A stretch of 64,000 nt of DNA from an uncultured Gammaproteobacteria bacterium (GTDB taxonomy: Bacteria > Patescibacteriota > Patescibacteriia > UBA9934 > CAZDDW01): assembly GCA_965231015.1 (NCBI GenBank), contig OZ246408.1:793908-857907 (forward strand), given 5' to 3'. Shown here in pieces: positions 15,981 to 26,800 of this stretch. The number at the start of each line of letters is the position of its first letter. Within the stretch, counting starts at the first letter, position 1. The position numbers and the translations under genes were made by a program. The notes beneath the pieces were generated by a model that was given only the letters and a program-made list of their open reading frames with translations, ran no database searches and had not been told where the DNA came from.

Positions 15981-17237
15981 TTATGGCTTCAAGGATTTGA
16001 TTAATTTTACCAGACCTAAACCTAATTGGTTGACCACCTTGATCTTTCCAAACAGATTTCCAAGACCACCTCCGCGTACTCCACTAATACTGTGTCCCCA
16101 GACAACAAGTCCAATAGAGGTGCTGAAAGCTGGATCATTGGCATAATCAACCACAGAAGTAATTCCGATCGGAGTACCAAGTTCGGCTGGCAAGCGCAAT
16201 TGCCGCTTAGCTACATCAATCATGCTTGGCATCTTTGATCCTCCACCGGTTAAAACCACGCCGGCTGGCAACATCCCAGATCTGTCTATCTTCGCTAGTT
16301 CTTGGTCTACTTTTTCATAAATTTCCTCAATCCTGGCTTCAGCTATTTCAGACACAAATTTTGCAGATGTTTTTTCTCCTTCGCTTCCTCCAAACTCTTC
16401 TAAATAAATATCCTCTTTTCGAGAAACCTCACTCGGCAAAGCCACGGCATGCCGCAGTTTAACCTCTTCGGCCACATCAATCGAGGTACGCAAACCAATG
16501 GCAATGTCAGAGGTGATATGACCAGCTCCAACAGGAATAACGGCCGTATGCAAGACATCACCCTCCTCATAAACCACCACGCTGGTGGTACTGGAGCCGA
16601 TATTTACCACAGCTACTCCAAGTTCTTTTTGACGATTACTGACCACAGCTTCCGCACTAGCCAATACAGAAAAAACCAGGTCGTCAATCTCCAGCCCGGT
16701 TCGATAAACACACTTGGTTAGATTCTTAATTTGAGTGGTCAAACCTTGGATTATAAGAGCATCTACCTCAAGCCGGATTCCGTTCATACCCACAGGATCC
16801 TTAATCCCCCGCTGACCATCAACTGTAAAGCTTTTTGGAATCACGTGTAAAATCTCATAATTTGCTGGAGTAGCTACGGTTCGAGCCGCCTCAATAGCTC
16901 GTTCCACATCCTCTTCCTTAATTTCACCATCACTTCTAGCTACTCCTATCACTCCTTTACTTTCTTCGGTGATTATGTGACTTCCGGAAATACCAACCCA
17001 GGCTGTGTTCACCGGAAACCCAGTTAACCGTTCGGCCATTTCCAGAGCCTTGGAGGTACTAGCGGTAGCGTCTTCAATCGAGGTAATTGTTCCTTTATTA
17101 ACTCCCTCGGACGGCATTTCGACAGCCCCAATAATGTGCACCTGTTCTTTGTCGTTTTCTCCTGGCATGGATTGCCCAACAGCCACGCGAATAGCGTGGG
17201 AACCGATATCTAATCCAGCAATAATATTTTCTGCCAT
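15981..17237 (-). CDS. ftsA: Cell division protein FtsA (actin-like ATPase)
   Basis: N-terminal IIAGLDIGS, FtsA-type domain order, C-terminal amphipathic tail. Confidence 0.9.
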   Translation of the reverse strand: MAENIIAGLDIGSHAIRVAVGQSMPGENDKEQVHIIGAVEMPSEGVNKGTITSIEDATASTSKALEMAERLTGFPVNTAWVGISGSHIITEESKGVIGVARSDGEIKEEDVERAIEAARTVATPANYEILHVIPKSFTVDGQRGIKDPVGMNGIRLEVDALIIQGLTTQIKNLTKCVYRTGLEIDDLVFSVLASAEAVVSNRQKELGVAVVNIGSSTTSVVVYEEGDVLHTAVIPVGAGHITSDIAIGLRTSIDVAEEVKLRHAVALPSEVSRKEDIYLEEFGGSEGEKTSAKFVSEIAEARIEEIYEKVDQELAKIDRSGMLPAGVVLTGGGSKMPSMIDVAKRQLRLPAELGTPIGITSVVDYANDPAFSTSIGLVVWGHSISGVRGGGLGNLFGKIKVVNQLGLGLVKLIKSLKP

Positions 17238-17249
17238 AGTCTCAACAGT

Positions 17250-17627
17250 TTAACTGATTTTAGATAAAAAATCCAGTAAATGAGGTCCTAAAATAAATAA
17301 CCCAATCACTGCCGCTAACACAGATGAAAGCAGGACTGTTCCGGCCATAATATCTTTAATTTCAGCCACAATAGGATTCAATCTTGGTTTAAATCCATCA
17401 GCCATGCGCTCAAATGTACTATTAATAAGCTCTAAGATTAAGACCATGCCCACTAGAAGCATGATTAAAATGTGCTCCCAAGTCTCAAGTGGCCAAACAA
17501 AAGCCAAGACAATCACCAGGGTGCCAATTATTACCTGAATCCGGAAGCTCTGCTCACTAACAAACACGCTCTTGATTCCTCTCAAGGCGTGAGAAAAACT
17601 CTTAAACAATTTTTTCACACTTATCAT
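17250..17627 (-). CDS. dgkA: Prokaryotic diacylglycerol/undecaprenol kinase family membrane protein
   Basis: Alignable to DgkA (ILELINSTFERMAD vs VEILNSAIEAVVD); 3 TM helices; ATGA overlap with ybeY. Confidence 0.8.
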   Translation of the reverse strand: MISVKKLFKSFSHALRGIKSVFVSEQSFRIQVIIGTLVIVLAFVWPLETWEHILIMLLVGMVLILELINSTFERMADGFKPRLNPIVAEIKDIMAGTVLLSSVLAAVIGLFILGPHLLDFLSKIS

Positions 17628-18049
17628 ATTTTTACTTTGGACAATATTACTTCCTGCAGAGCGAACATCTCTTCGGCTTCCTTTTTCTTAACATGATCAT
17701 AACCCATTAAATGCAGTACTCCGTGAACCAACAAGCGTAACACCTCTTCTCGAGCCCGCACACCCTGTTTTTTTGCCTGTTGTTGGGCAATCGGGTAGCA
17801 GATTAGCACCTCTCCAAGCACCCCGTCCTCGGCATGTGTGAATGACAAAACGTCGGTAGGCATATTTTTACCACGGTATGCCTGGTTTATCTTTTTGATT
17901 TCCGGCTTTGTTAAAAATGCTACAGATACCTGCCAATCATCGCTTTTGGGAAATAAATGCATTAAAATCCGACTAACCGAATTAAAGGAGCTTTTTGGTA
18001 CTCGTGCTCCTCCGCGGAGCTTTCCGTAATTCACATCAAACCTGATCAT
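17624..18049 (-). CDS. ybeY: rRNA maturation endoribonuclease YbeY
   Basis: Zinc motif HGVLHLMGYDH. Confidence 0.9.
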   Translation of the reverse strand: MIRFDVNYGKLRGGARVPKSSFNSVSRILMHLFPKSDDWQVSVAFLTKPEIKKINQAYRGKNMPTDVLSFTHAEDGVLGEVLICYPIAQQQAKKQGVRAREEVLRLLVHGVLHLMGYDHVKKKEAEEMFALQEVILSKVKI

Positions 18050-19095
18050 TACCTTATCACCATACTATTTAACATCATCTGAAAAGTTTGCAAATAATCA
18101 ACCGTGGTTTTATTACCAACGTTGTAGCTGATGATAAAAACCCGATCTCCATCATCAAGATAAGCGGTCAGCCTGTCCGGACTCATAATTCCGGACAACC
18201 CTTCTTTTGTTTCCACCATTAACAAATCGTCTACACTAGCCTGTAAGTCCTGGGCTAAAAACCAGTCTGTAATAGAGGTCTCTGTTGATTTGGCATTCAT
18301 TAAAACCTGGATTATCTCTCCTGATTCAGCCGTAAATACTACTTGCTCGGTGGGTCCGCCAATCGCACGCACGTTCCAAAGCGATGGATATGTCAGGGTA
18401 TAACTAAACGAAGCCTCATCAAACAAACGCACCAGTCCGGATTCAACCAGCGATGCCGGAGCGGTTCCGTTCGGGTTGTACCGATGAAAGACCTCGTTTC
18501 CGTCCAAGAAACCGTCTTCATCACTGTCCGGTAGGTTGGCCTTAGTTCCATACAACGTTTCCTCCACGTCAGTTAGTCCATCCGAATCTGAATCTGTTCC
18601 GGGAATTAAATCTTCAGCAAATGGACTGACTTGTTCATCCTCATCTTCAATCTCTTCAGGTTCATCCTCGTCCTCGATGTCAGAATCTTCATCATCAGCG
18701 GTTATATCATCAGTTACCGGGGGTTCATCGTCAGGTATTTCAATTTCCGGAACCGATTCTGGCTGTTGTAGGGTGTTTAAAACTATCAAAGCCGCGGCCA
18801 CAAACAAGGCAATCACAATTATCCCTATCACCACCAGCTTGACCGGGAAGCCTTTTTTCTTGGAAGGCTTGGAAGGCTTGGAAGGCTGAGAGGGCTTTGA
18901 AGGCTCTGGAGCTTTCGCAGCGGGAGGTGGCACCGGCTTTGGTTTTGCCGGCTCTTTTGGTTCAGTTCGTTTTACCGGCGTCTCATTGAGGGCAGTTCGT
19001 CGATACTTCTCTGGCATAGCCTGAATCAAGGGCTCGTTTTCTTTGGCCTTGTTTCCTGCTGGCTGTTCGATTTTTGTTTGGTCAGCCTTTGCCAT
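18049..19095 (-). CDS. Single-pass membrane protein: Pro/Lys-rich N-terminal cytoplasmic region, TM, acidic linker, two TSP3-type Ca-binding repeats (DSDSDGLTD, DSDEDGFLDGNE), conserved (F/N)xYxPNG motif, extra C-terminal domain
   Basis: Direct motif reading; paralog of the two upstream genes; shares 1 nt with the ybeY start. Confidence 0.7.
   Translation of the reverse strand: MAKADQTKIEQPAGNKAKENEPLIQAMPEKYRRTALNETPVKRTEPKEPAKPKPVPPPAAKAPEPSKPSQPSKPSKPSKKKGFPVKLVVIGIIVIALFVAAALIVLNTLQQPESVPEIEIPDDEPPVTDDITADDEDSDIEDEDEPEEIEDEDEQVSPFAEDLIPGTDSDSDGLTDVEETLYGTKANLPDSDEDGFLDGNEVFHRYNPNGTAPASLVESGLVRLFDEASFSYTLTYPSLWNVRAIGGPTEQVVFTAESGEIIQVLMNAKSTETSITDWFLAQDLQASVDDLLMVETKEGLSGIMSPDRLTAYLDDGDRVFIISYNVGNKTTVDYLQTFQMMLNSMVIR
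18859..18903. repeat. Intragenic 9-bp tandem repeat (CTTGGAAGG x3 perfect plus degenerate copies) encoding a PSKPS-rich tract
   Basis: Direct reading. Confidence 0.8.
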
Positions 19096-19097
19096 AA

Positions 19098-19787
19098 TTA
19101 TTCAGTTGTGGGCAAATCAGTTAATTTTCCTGATCCATTCGGATCATAACCGTTGGACACCTCATCACCATCAAGATACGTATCTCCGTCCGTGTCAGGA
19201 TCAAGCGGATCTGTCTTCCACGTTTTTACCTCCTCATAATCACTTAACCCGTCAGCATCAGTATCACTAATGCGCGGACTAGTTCCATATTCTCCGGTCT
19301 CTTGAACATCACTTAATCCGTCACGGTCGGTATCAAATGAGTCTGACGGTTCTGGGGCTGGCTCTGGAACTTCTTCTTCCTCCTCTTCCACCACTACATC
19401 ATCATCCATCATGGTGTCTTCTTCCATAATTTCATTTGGATCCACTTGAATATCATCTGCTGGAGCACGGTTCAAAAGAAAATATGAAATCAGCCCGGCC
19501 GCCACAATTACTAAAACCACTATAACCACAATTAAAATGATCTTTAAGGTACGCCCTGTACCCTTGAGCGCGGAAGGTGGGGCTGATTTTGCTTCAGTCA
19601 ACGGTGGAGTCTGCATGGGTGTTGCCGGAGCCCCGGGTGATGGTTTGGGTTTTTCCGAACTCATGGCCGGCATAGGACCACTCGTTGGAGCCTCAGGTCG
19701 CGGTGGCGGAGTCGGGGCTTCACCCCCCTTGTCCGTGTCCGCAAAAATATCTTCAGGCTCATTCTTTTTTTTCACGTCATCAAACAT
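19098..19787 (-). CDS. Single-pass membrane protein with Pro-rich N-terminus, acidic linker, three TSP3-type Ca-binding repeats and C-terminal NGYDPNGSGKL motif
   Basis: DTDRDGLSD, DTDADGLSDYEE, DPDTDGDTYLDGDE repeats. Confidence 0.7.
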   Translation of the reverse strand: MFDDVKKKNEPEDIFADTDKGGEAPTPPPRPEAPTSGPMPAMSSEKPKPSPGAPATPMQTPPLTEAKSAPPSALKGTGRTLKIILIVVIVVLVIVAAGLISYFLLNRAPADDIQVDPNEIMEEDTMMDDDVVVEEEEEEVPEPAPEPSDSFDTDRDGLSDVQETGEYGTSPRISDTDADGLSDYEEVKTWKTDPLDPDTDGDTYLDGDEVSNGYDPNGSGKLTDLPTTE

Positions 19788-19818
19788 AAAAAATATTCAA
19801 TTTACATTTTTACAATTT

Positions 19819-20808
19819 TCAATTTAAGGTACCTGAACCGACCGGGTCATATCCAGAGTTAACCTCATCACCGTCCGCATATCCATCCCCGTCTGTATCT
19901 ACGACAAGCGGAGAACTGCCATATACTTCTACCTCTTCCCCGTCAGTCAAGCCGTCACCATCGGTATCCGGATTGAACGGATCTGTATCAAGATCCAATT
20001 CTTCCCCATCCATTAAACCGTCTCCGTCAAGATCAGGATTAGTATCGTCCATGCCAAGTTCAGCCTCCCGGTCACTACTAACCCCGTCTAAATCAAGATC
20101 AGCTGGACCCACGCGATCGTAACAACCCTCAATCAATTCTTCCGGTAAAACATCACACAAACTTGGGTCACGCACCGTGATAGCGTTTTGGATCGTGATT
20201 TCAGCTTTGCAATAACTTTCATTGACACCGTTCTCTGCACACGTTCCTGCGCGCATGATGGTTGGTAAAATTTGAGCCTGGCAAGAGGCCACCCATTCCG
20301 GATCAGTTAATTCTTCCTCACACCGGGCGTAATCTTTTTCTGCCACAATAAGTGGTAATAAAATGTGATCATAACAGGCCTCACGAGTTTCTTTATCAGT
20401 AATTGCATCGCAGTCTTCCGGATTACCCTTTTCCCGAGCCACCGTTTCCACACAGGCCACAAATGATTCTCCTTCTAGCATTTCACACACAGCGAGTGCC
20501 GAGGTCTTGGAAGCCTCCCGAGTAATAGTTCGCGCCTCACAAGCGGCCGGATCTTTTGCTTCAGCACATTCAGACAACTGACCGGCTAATCGTTTTTCAG
20601 TTTCTATTAAAGTTTGTTCATTCATCTGTCGCTCGTCAATATTGTGCGAGATGTTTCGTACAATAACCACTGCCACAATGATAATAATGACAGCCAAAAG
20701 AACCGAGCCGATGATAATAGCAATGGTTCGAACCGAAAGACCTCCGGATGGTTCCTGTCCTTCACCTTCCGGAACATACTCGTAAAGTTGTGGTTCTTGT
20801 TCAGCCAT
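19819..20808 (-). CDS. Single-pass membrane protein with Cys-rich central region, four TSP3-type repeats and C-terminal [12 protein letters not shown] motif
   Basis: [36 protein letters not shown] repeats; about 18 Cys in the middle section. Confidence 0.7.
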   Translation of the reverse strand: MAEQEPQLYEYVPEGEGQEPSGGLSVRTIAIIIGSVLLAVIIIIVAVVIVRNISHNIDERQMNEQTLIETEKRLAGQLSECAEAKDPAACEARTITREASKTSALAVCEMLEGESFVACVETVAREKGNPEDCDAITDKETREACYDHILLPLIVAEKDYARCEEELTDPEWVASCQAQILPTIMRAGTCAENGVNESYCKAEITIQNAITVRDPSLCDVLPEELIEGCYDRVGPADLDLDGVSSDREAELGMDDTNPDLDGDGLMDGEELDLDTDPFNPDTDGDGLTDGEEVEVYGSSPLVVDTDGDGYADGDEVNSGYDPVGSGTLN

Positions 20809-20811
20809 ACT

Positions 20812-23800
20812 TTAGAACGGACAGTAATTCATTTCAATATTTGTTAGATTCACGGTTCCCGTGCCTGGGAAACTAATTCTAAACGGCACAGTAAACTCTT
20901 CGTCTGATTCCGGACACTCGAAACCGATTGGGAATAGCAACGGCTGACTATTCCCTTCGTTCATAGTTCCGCTTGAAGTTCCGGCATCAGTGGTATAAGT
21001 GATATGTTTTCCAATAATGGATTCCACAATAGCCTCGTACATATCACGTAAATCTTCGGCGGTTTCACTTGAATAAGCATATTCGATTCCATTGTTTGAA
21101 GGTGAACAATTATCCGCATCAGAAATATCATCCGGTTCATCTCCTGAACAAACATCCGGCATAATTCCGGCTCGTTCACAAACATCACTCGACCAGTGGG
21201 CCATATAACCCTTAAGACTGCTTGATCCGGTCAGGGCAGCAGTATACAAATCCAAAGTTCCGGTTTGCCCCTCACAATCGCGTTTCAAACGCCGAGCCCA
21301 TTCGTCTACCGTGTTTTCACCATCTCCGGCTGTCGGGCTACCATCACTTAATAATACCACCACCTGAACCGTGTCTTCCGGAGCCGGATTTTCCAGCTCA
21401 TTATAAACCGCCTCCAGACCCTCTTCCGGGTAAGTGCTTCCGGATGCGCTGTAAGCATTTACTGTATTGATAAGTGAATATTCATCTTCAGAGGTAGACA
21501 AATTATAATCGATATTACCGGTACCAGGGCTACTAAAGCTAGCTAATCCAATTTCAATGGTTCCATCTTCAAAGGAATCAAACAGTTCTCCAATAGCATC
21601 AATGGTCGCTTCTTTAGCAACATCGAGCCTAGAATCTGAACCATCGAGTAATTCATTCATACTGGTTGACAAATCCATAATAAAGAACACTTGAACGTAT
21701 GGTGGAGTGACTCCAGCGAATGACACATCTGCAGTTAAACTGGATCCAACCCGACAGGCTGGGAAGTACATTAAAGCGGTGTCAGGTGAATCACCGGAGC
21801 CGAAACTATACAGGTCAACTGAATCTGTTTTTAGTGAACCCTCTTCTTCGGCCTCAACCTGGACGGACACACTGGAGAGTGAAAACGGACAACCGGACGA
21901 ACAGTTATCATTACACTCAGGAGCTACACAGGTACCAAGAGAAGTGGTCGGGGGAAACGAGAACGGATTCTGTCCACAATTATCATCGTAGTCGGCAATT
22001 CCAGCGTTGACATCACACGGAACTCCGTTGAAATCTTTTAACTCATCATCAATTGTTCTGTACCCACCATTACAATAACCGGCCGGAGCACACTCGTATA
22101 CTTTATCAGCTATTCCATCCCCATCGTCATCACACAAATCATTGTTATCACACAAATCCTGACAATCTAGAAAACTGTCACAGGCGCCGGAAATATCTCG
22201 CCGGTCAGGGTCTTCATCTTTTAAAATACAATAATTGATTGGCATATCCGTGCCATCACAAAACTCACTTCCGTTAACCTGATCGTCACCACAGTAACCA
22301 CCGCTCATGGTTTGGTACTGACAACTGGCCGTACAGTAGTTACAGCTTCCGCCGTACGGCGCTTCACACGGCACGGCGTTCCCGGCACCCCAGTCACAGG
22401 CTTCAATTCCATCATAACGCTTACCGTCTCCACAAACATTAAACAAGCAGGAAGTAGTGCACTCATCATTGTTATCATCATTTCCATCATCACACTCCTC
22501 TGTTCCTTCTGTTACCCCGTTTCCACAATACCCAGTTCCAATACAGCTCTCACCACCAATTTCGTCCCAACCACCCACAAAATGGCTTGAGTCAGCCTCT
22601 GGCCAAAAACAACCTGTACCAGCAGCGATGTCAGAGTCACACACACGGGTACGCATAGTTTCAAATTCAAAAGTTGAGCATGTGCCATTGGCACATTCTC
22701 CGTCCGTCTGACACGGCTTACCAATTTCGTCTCCGGTATCACACAACTGTGAAGATTCACAGGCTTCATAACCACTGACATTACCACACGTTCCACCCTC
22801 ACAATCATCATCAATTTCACATGGCTCTCCCTCAAGTGACCCTGACGAACAAATCGCGCCGTCCCAAGTCTCTGACTCACCATCACACTCTTCTGATCCG
22901 TTTACTACTCCATCGCCACAGCTTGGTGGATCTCCGGCACAATTAAAGGCACAGCCCTCATCTGGGTCGTATGAATAAATTCCGTTTACGTACTGACAAC
23001 TATTGGCCACGGCCCAAGCACCACTCGTACGAAAATCTTCGTTGTAACCACAGTCACACACTTCACTTCCGGCCAAAGTTCCGTCTCCACAAAAAATTGC
23101 TCCATCAACGTCACAGTCGAGTCCACAATATCCGTACTGACCATTGAAAGCTCCATCATCACACTCTTCTCCATCATCAACAACTCCGTTTCCACAAAGG
23201 TATGGAGTACAAGACGAAGCAGAGTCAGCCGCTTCTTGATATGCGGAACAGTCTGCACTACCACTTACAGCACAGTTTCCACTGTAACAACAAGTGACGG
23301 TTTTTTGACCTTCTATATATGTACAGGTTCCTCCTCCGCAATCAATTGAGTCATTACACGGGTCACCGTTTGAACAAACCCCACTGGCACACTCACCATC
23401 TGCTCCACAGGTGGCAACTACGTCTCCGGCCGGATCACAAACGGTTCCATAATAACTTGATTCAACATCATTAAAACAGATATATACTTCACCCGGATCA
23501 CAATCCACGGTTTGTGTGTCTCCAATTTCACAGGTCTCATTTTCACCCACCACTCCATCGCCACACTCTTCGGAAAGACCAAGTTCGGTTCCATCACAGA
23601 AAAGAGAAGTAGTAAATCCATCCGGATTAGATTCAGACGCATTACCAACGGTAATTTCAGCCCAATCTGTGGTGTCCTGGTCTAGATCATAAGCCCAAGG
23701 AGCGCCATTATATTCTAAATCAACAAACAACTCGTAAGCTTCCCCGGCTATGGAGCGGAAGCCATAGACATGTGAGCCTTCATTGCAAACAAACTGCGAA

Positions 23801-26800
23801 GCGTCCCCGTTCCAACAACTGGTTTCATCATAGCCCTCCGGACAATCGGCTAAATTATTAAGTGGGTCCGTTGGCAAAGCGGCACCCAAATTATTTCCCA
23901 GCTGAGCCTGCCAACTTGGCCAAGCACTATAACTGCGGGAACGTAAAAAACTTCCCACTTGCAATTCCGGTACGGTCTGCACACAAGTTTCACCCCCCGG
24001 ACAGTTATCGTCCACAAAACAGGCCATGGTTTTTGTCACTGAACAACGGCTATTGGTGCTACCGTAGGTATCAATCTGTCCGTACATGCTGCGCAAATCT
24101 GACAAGCGTATAGTGTCACGCTGCAACATTTGTTTTTGTGCTCCACAAACCGCATCGGCTCCGTACTCAAAACACTCGGCGTCATAACTACATTCAGCTA
24201 ACTGTAAACCGTCCGTAGCATTATCAGTATCGATCGGGTTTGCGTAGGCGTCGGTTTCATAACAAAACTCATCATCAAGCAAAACATCATTGGCATTGAA
24301 TGCCCAGCTATCAAGCACTTGCTCAAACACTTCCAAAGTTTCATCCTCTGCCCCTTCATTGTAGGCAATGGCATAAATATTAGAGTAAATGTCCCCGGTC
24401 TGATTGGCCGCATTAACATAAACCGTACGACCGTCCTGAACCGCTTCGTAACCATCCACATCATCGGTTGAAGAATAAGATCCGTCAAAGTTGGCATCGT
24501 ACCAATCACCTGGCGAGTAATAATCCTCGTTGCCAGCAATCCTGACACCAACCGCATCGGTGTAATCATCCCCATCAATCATAAACAGTAACTCACGGAA
24601 TACTCCGGAAGTGGTTTGTGGATTTGGTGCCTCGACCACCCTCATGTTTGGTAGATCATCGCTCGTATCAGCCGCGTCTCCGGCGTCCCGACAATAATAG
24701 AAAGAGAAATTAGAATATGGGAACGGACTGCCAAGATCGGTTCGTACGGACGGACCAAAATCTCCAAGCCCCAGACCCTCAAAGGCGGTATCATATTCTT
24801 CAGTATCAGAAAAAGGGAACGTGCCCACTTGTGGCCATGGATTTTCACACAAGAAGACCATCTCTTCAACCGAACCACTGATTACCTCTCCGGTAGTGCT
24901 TGGATCGTTAAACGAGTCGGATGTCACTGTAGCAGAAGCCACAATATCCTCTTCACCGTTTTTAGATTCAGCAACCGCGTCATTGAGGTCAGTTGTCGCG
25001 GCCGGGTCAGATAAATTTAAAACTGATCCATCTCCGGTTATACCCCAGCTCCAGGTCCAATCATAATAACCGGCAATTGGCGTAATTTCTTCCCGAACGT
25101 TATTACGGATTGTATATGCCGCAGCTTCGAGGTCATGACTTTCAGCCGCTTCAGTAAAGAGTCCTGGACTTGAAGACTTGTCTTCCACTAACACGTCTTC
25201 AAGCTCACAAACCTCAGTTCCGGTCTTGAAACTTGAAGCTAAAAGTTGATTTGCCTCAAAACCATAAAGAGCGTCAGTGATAGTCGGTCGGATAGTGATG
25301 CCGTACTGTGTGGTTACTCCAATGTTGTAAGCAGCCTCGGTATTATCATCCTGCAAATCCTGATCACCTACCACCACCAACCGGTACAAAGAATTCTCTT
25401 CAAGTGGTTGTGAGTAGGTAAAAGTGACCTCGGTACTGCTTTCAGATAAATCATTAGACAGGGTGCCCTCCATGTAACAGACAACGGGATCCTGGGCATA
25501 CACCTCGCGACCGAACAAGCCAGCCACCTTATTAGCCACAAAACGCCAAGCCCGGACGTACCACGGACGATCACCTTCATGTAAAGCAACCAAACTTTCT
25601 TCATAACCGGACGGACAATCACCGGTTTCAAGATCAGCGTCAGGCTGTGCTTCACCGTCCACCAACACTCCTGAACCAAGATAAATTAAGAAAATGTTGT
25701 CCACGGTTTCATTACCAACCTGGACGCGGAAAGACTCAGTATCCATTAAGGAATCAAACTCAGCACTAACCGAGGCGTTACGACACACGTCTTCCCGAGC
25801 ATCTGGAGCAAAAGTGGCGGTTGGTCGATCAGCACAACAACCACCAAAACCACAACCGATCGTAGTATAAGTCGCGACGCCACAATCAAGATCTTCCTCA
25901 CAAGAACAATTGACACCAACTTCAGCTTCTCCGGTAGCTCCGGTGCCGGTTTGACTGTCCGTTCCTTCAGCTCGCAGATCCGTCATGATTGGATTTTCAT
26001 CCAAGACAACCGACGCTTCGATCGCCCCCTCAGATATTTCAGCCACCTGGAACGGATCAATTAAACCGTCCCCGCCGGCCAAAGCGGCTTCACATTCTTC
26101 ACCTGTTCCATAATTGCCATCACCACAAAAAGATGGAGTTGAGTATTCGTGATTTGATCCCTCAAAAAGACCGTCATCAGAACAACCTTCATCAGCTGGA
26201 TCACACTCACCGCTCTCATTCAAACACCGCGAACTGCAACCATCTCCATTCGTTCCATTTCCATCATCACAGTCTTCCCCGTCCTCCCGAGTGCCGTTAC
26301 CACAGACAGCTGTAATTTCGGTTGCATCAAGCGAACCCTCATTTAAACAAATATTGGAACAACCGTCTCCGGAACTATTATTTCCATCATCACACTCCTC
26401 ACCCCCTATAGCATCATTGTGCAAAATAATTCCGTCTCCACAAACTGTGCCAGCGTAACCTGAACCCTCGTTTGTACAAACACTGGAACATCCGTCTAAA
26501 TCATCATTGTTGCCGTCATCACATTCTTCAAAACCATCCATTGATCCGTTTCCGCAAGTTCCGCCATCAGCCACAGCGGCAGTTCCCTCGGTCGTACAGG
26601 TAGCACTACAACCGTCTCCGTCCAGTGGTAAACCAGGGCCGTCATCACAGTCTTCACCAAATTCTTCTACTCCGTTACCGCAAACCGATACTCCGTAATC
26701 ACTTCCCTCGTTCAAACAAAGGCTGGAACATCCGTCCGGAAGTTCACGAGTGGTATCAAGGTTTGCTGGGGTAAAGAAAGCAATCTCGTAATTGTCTGGA

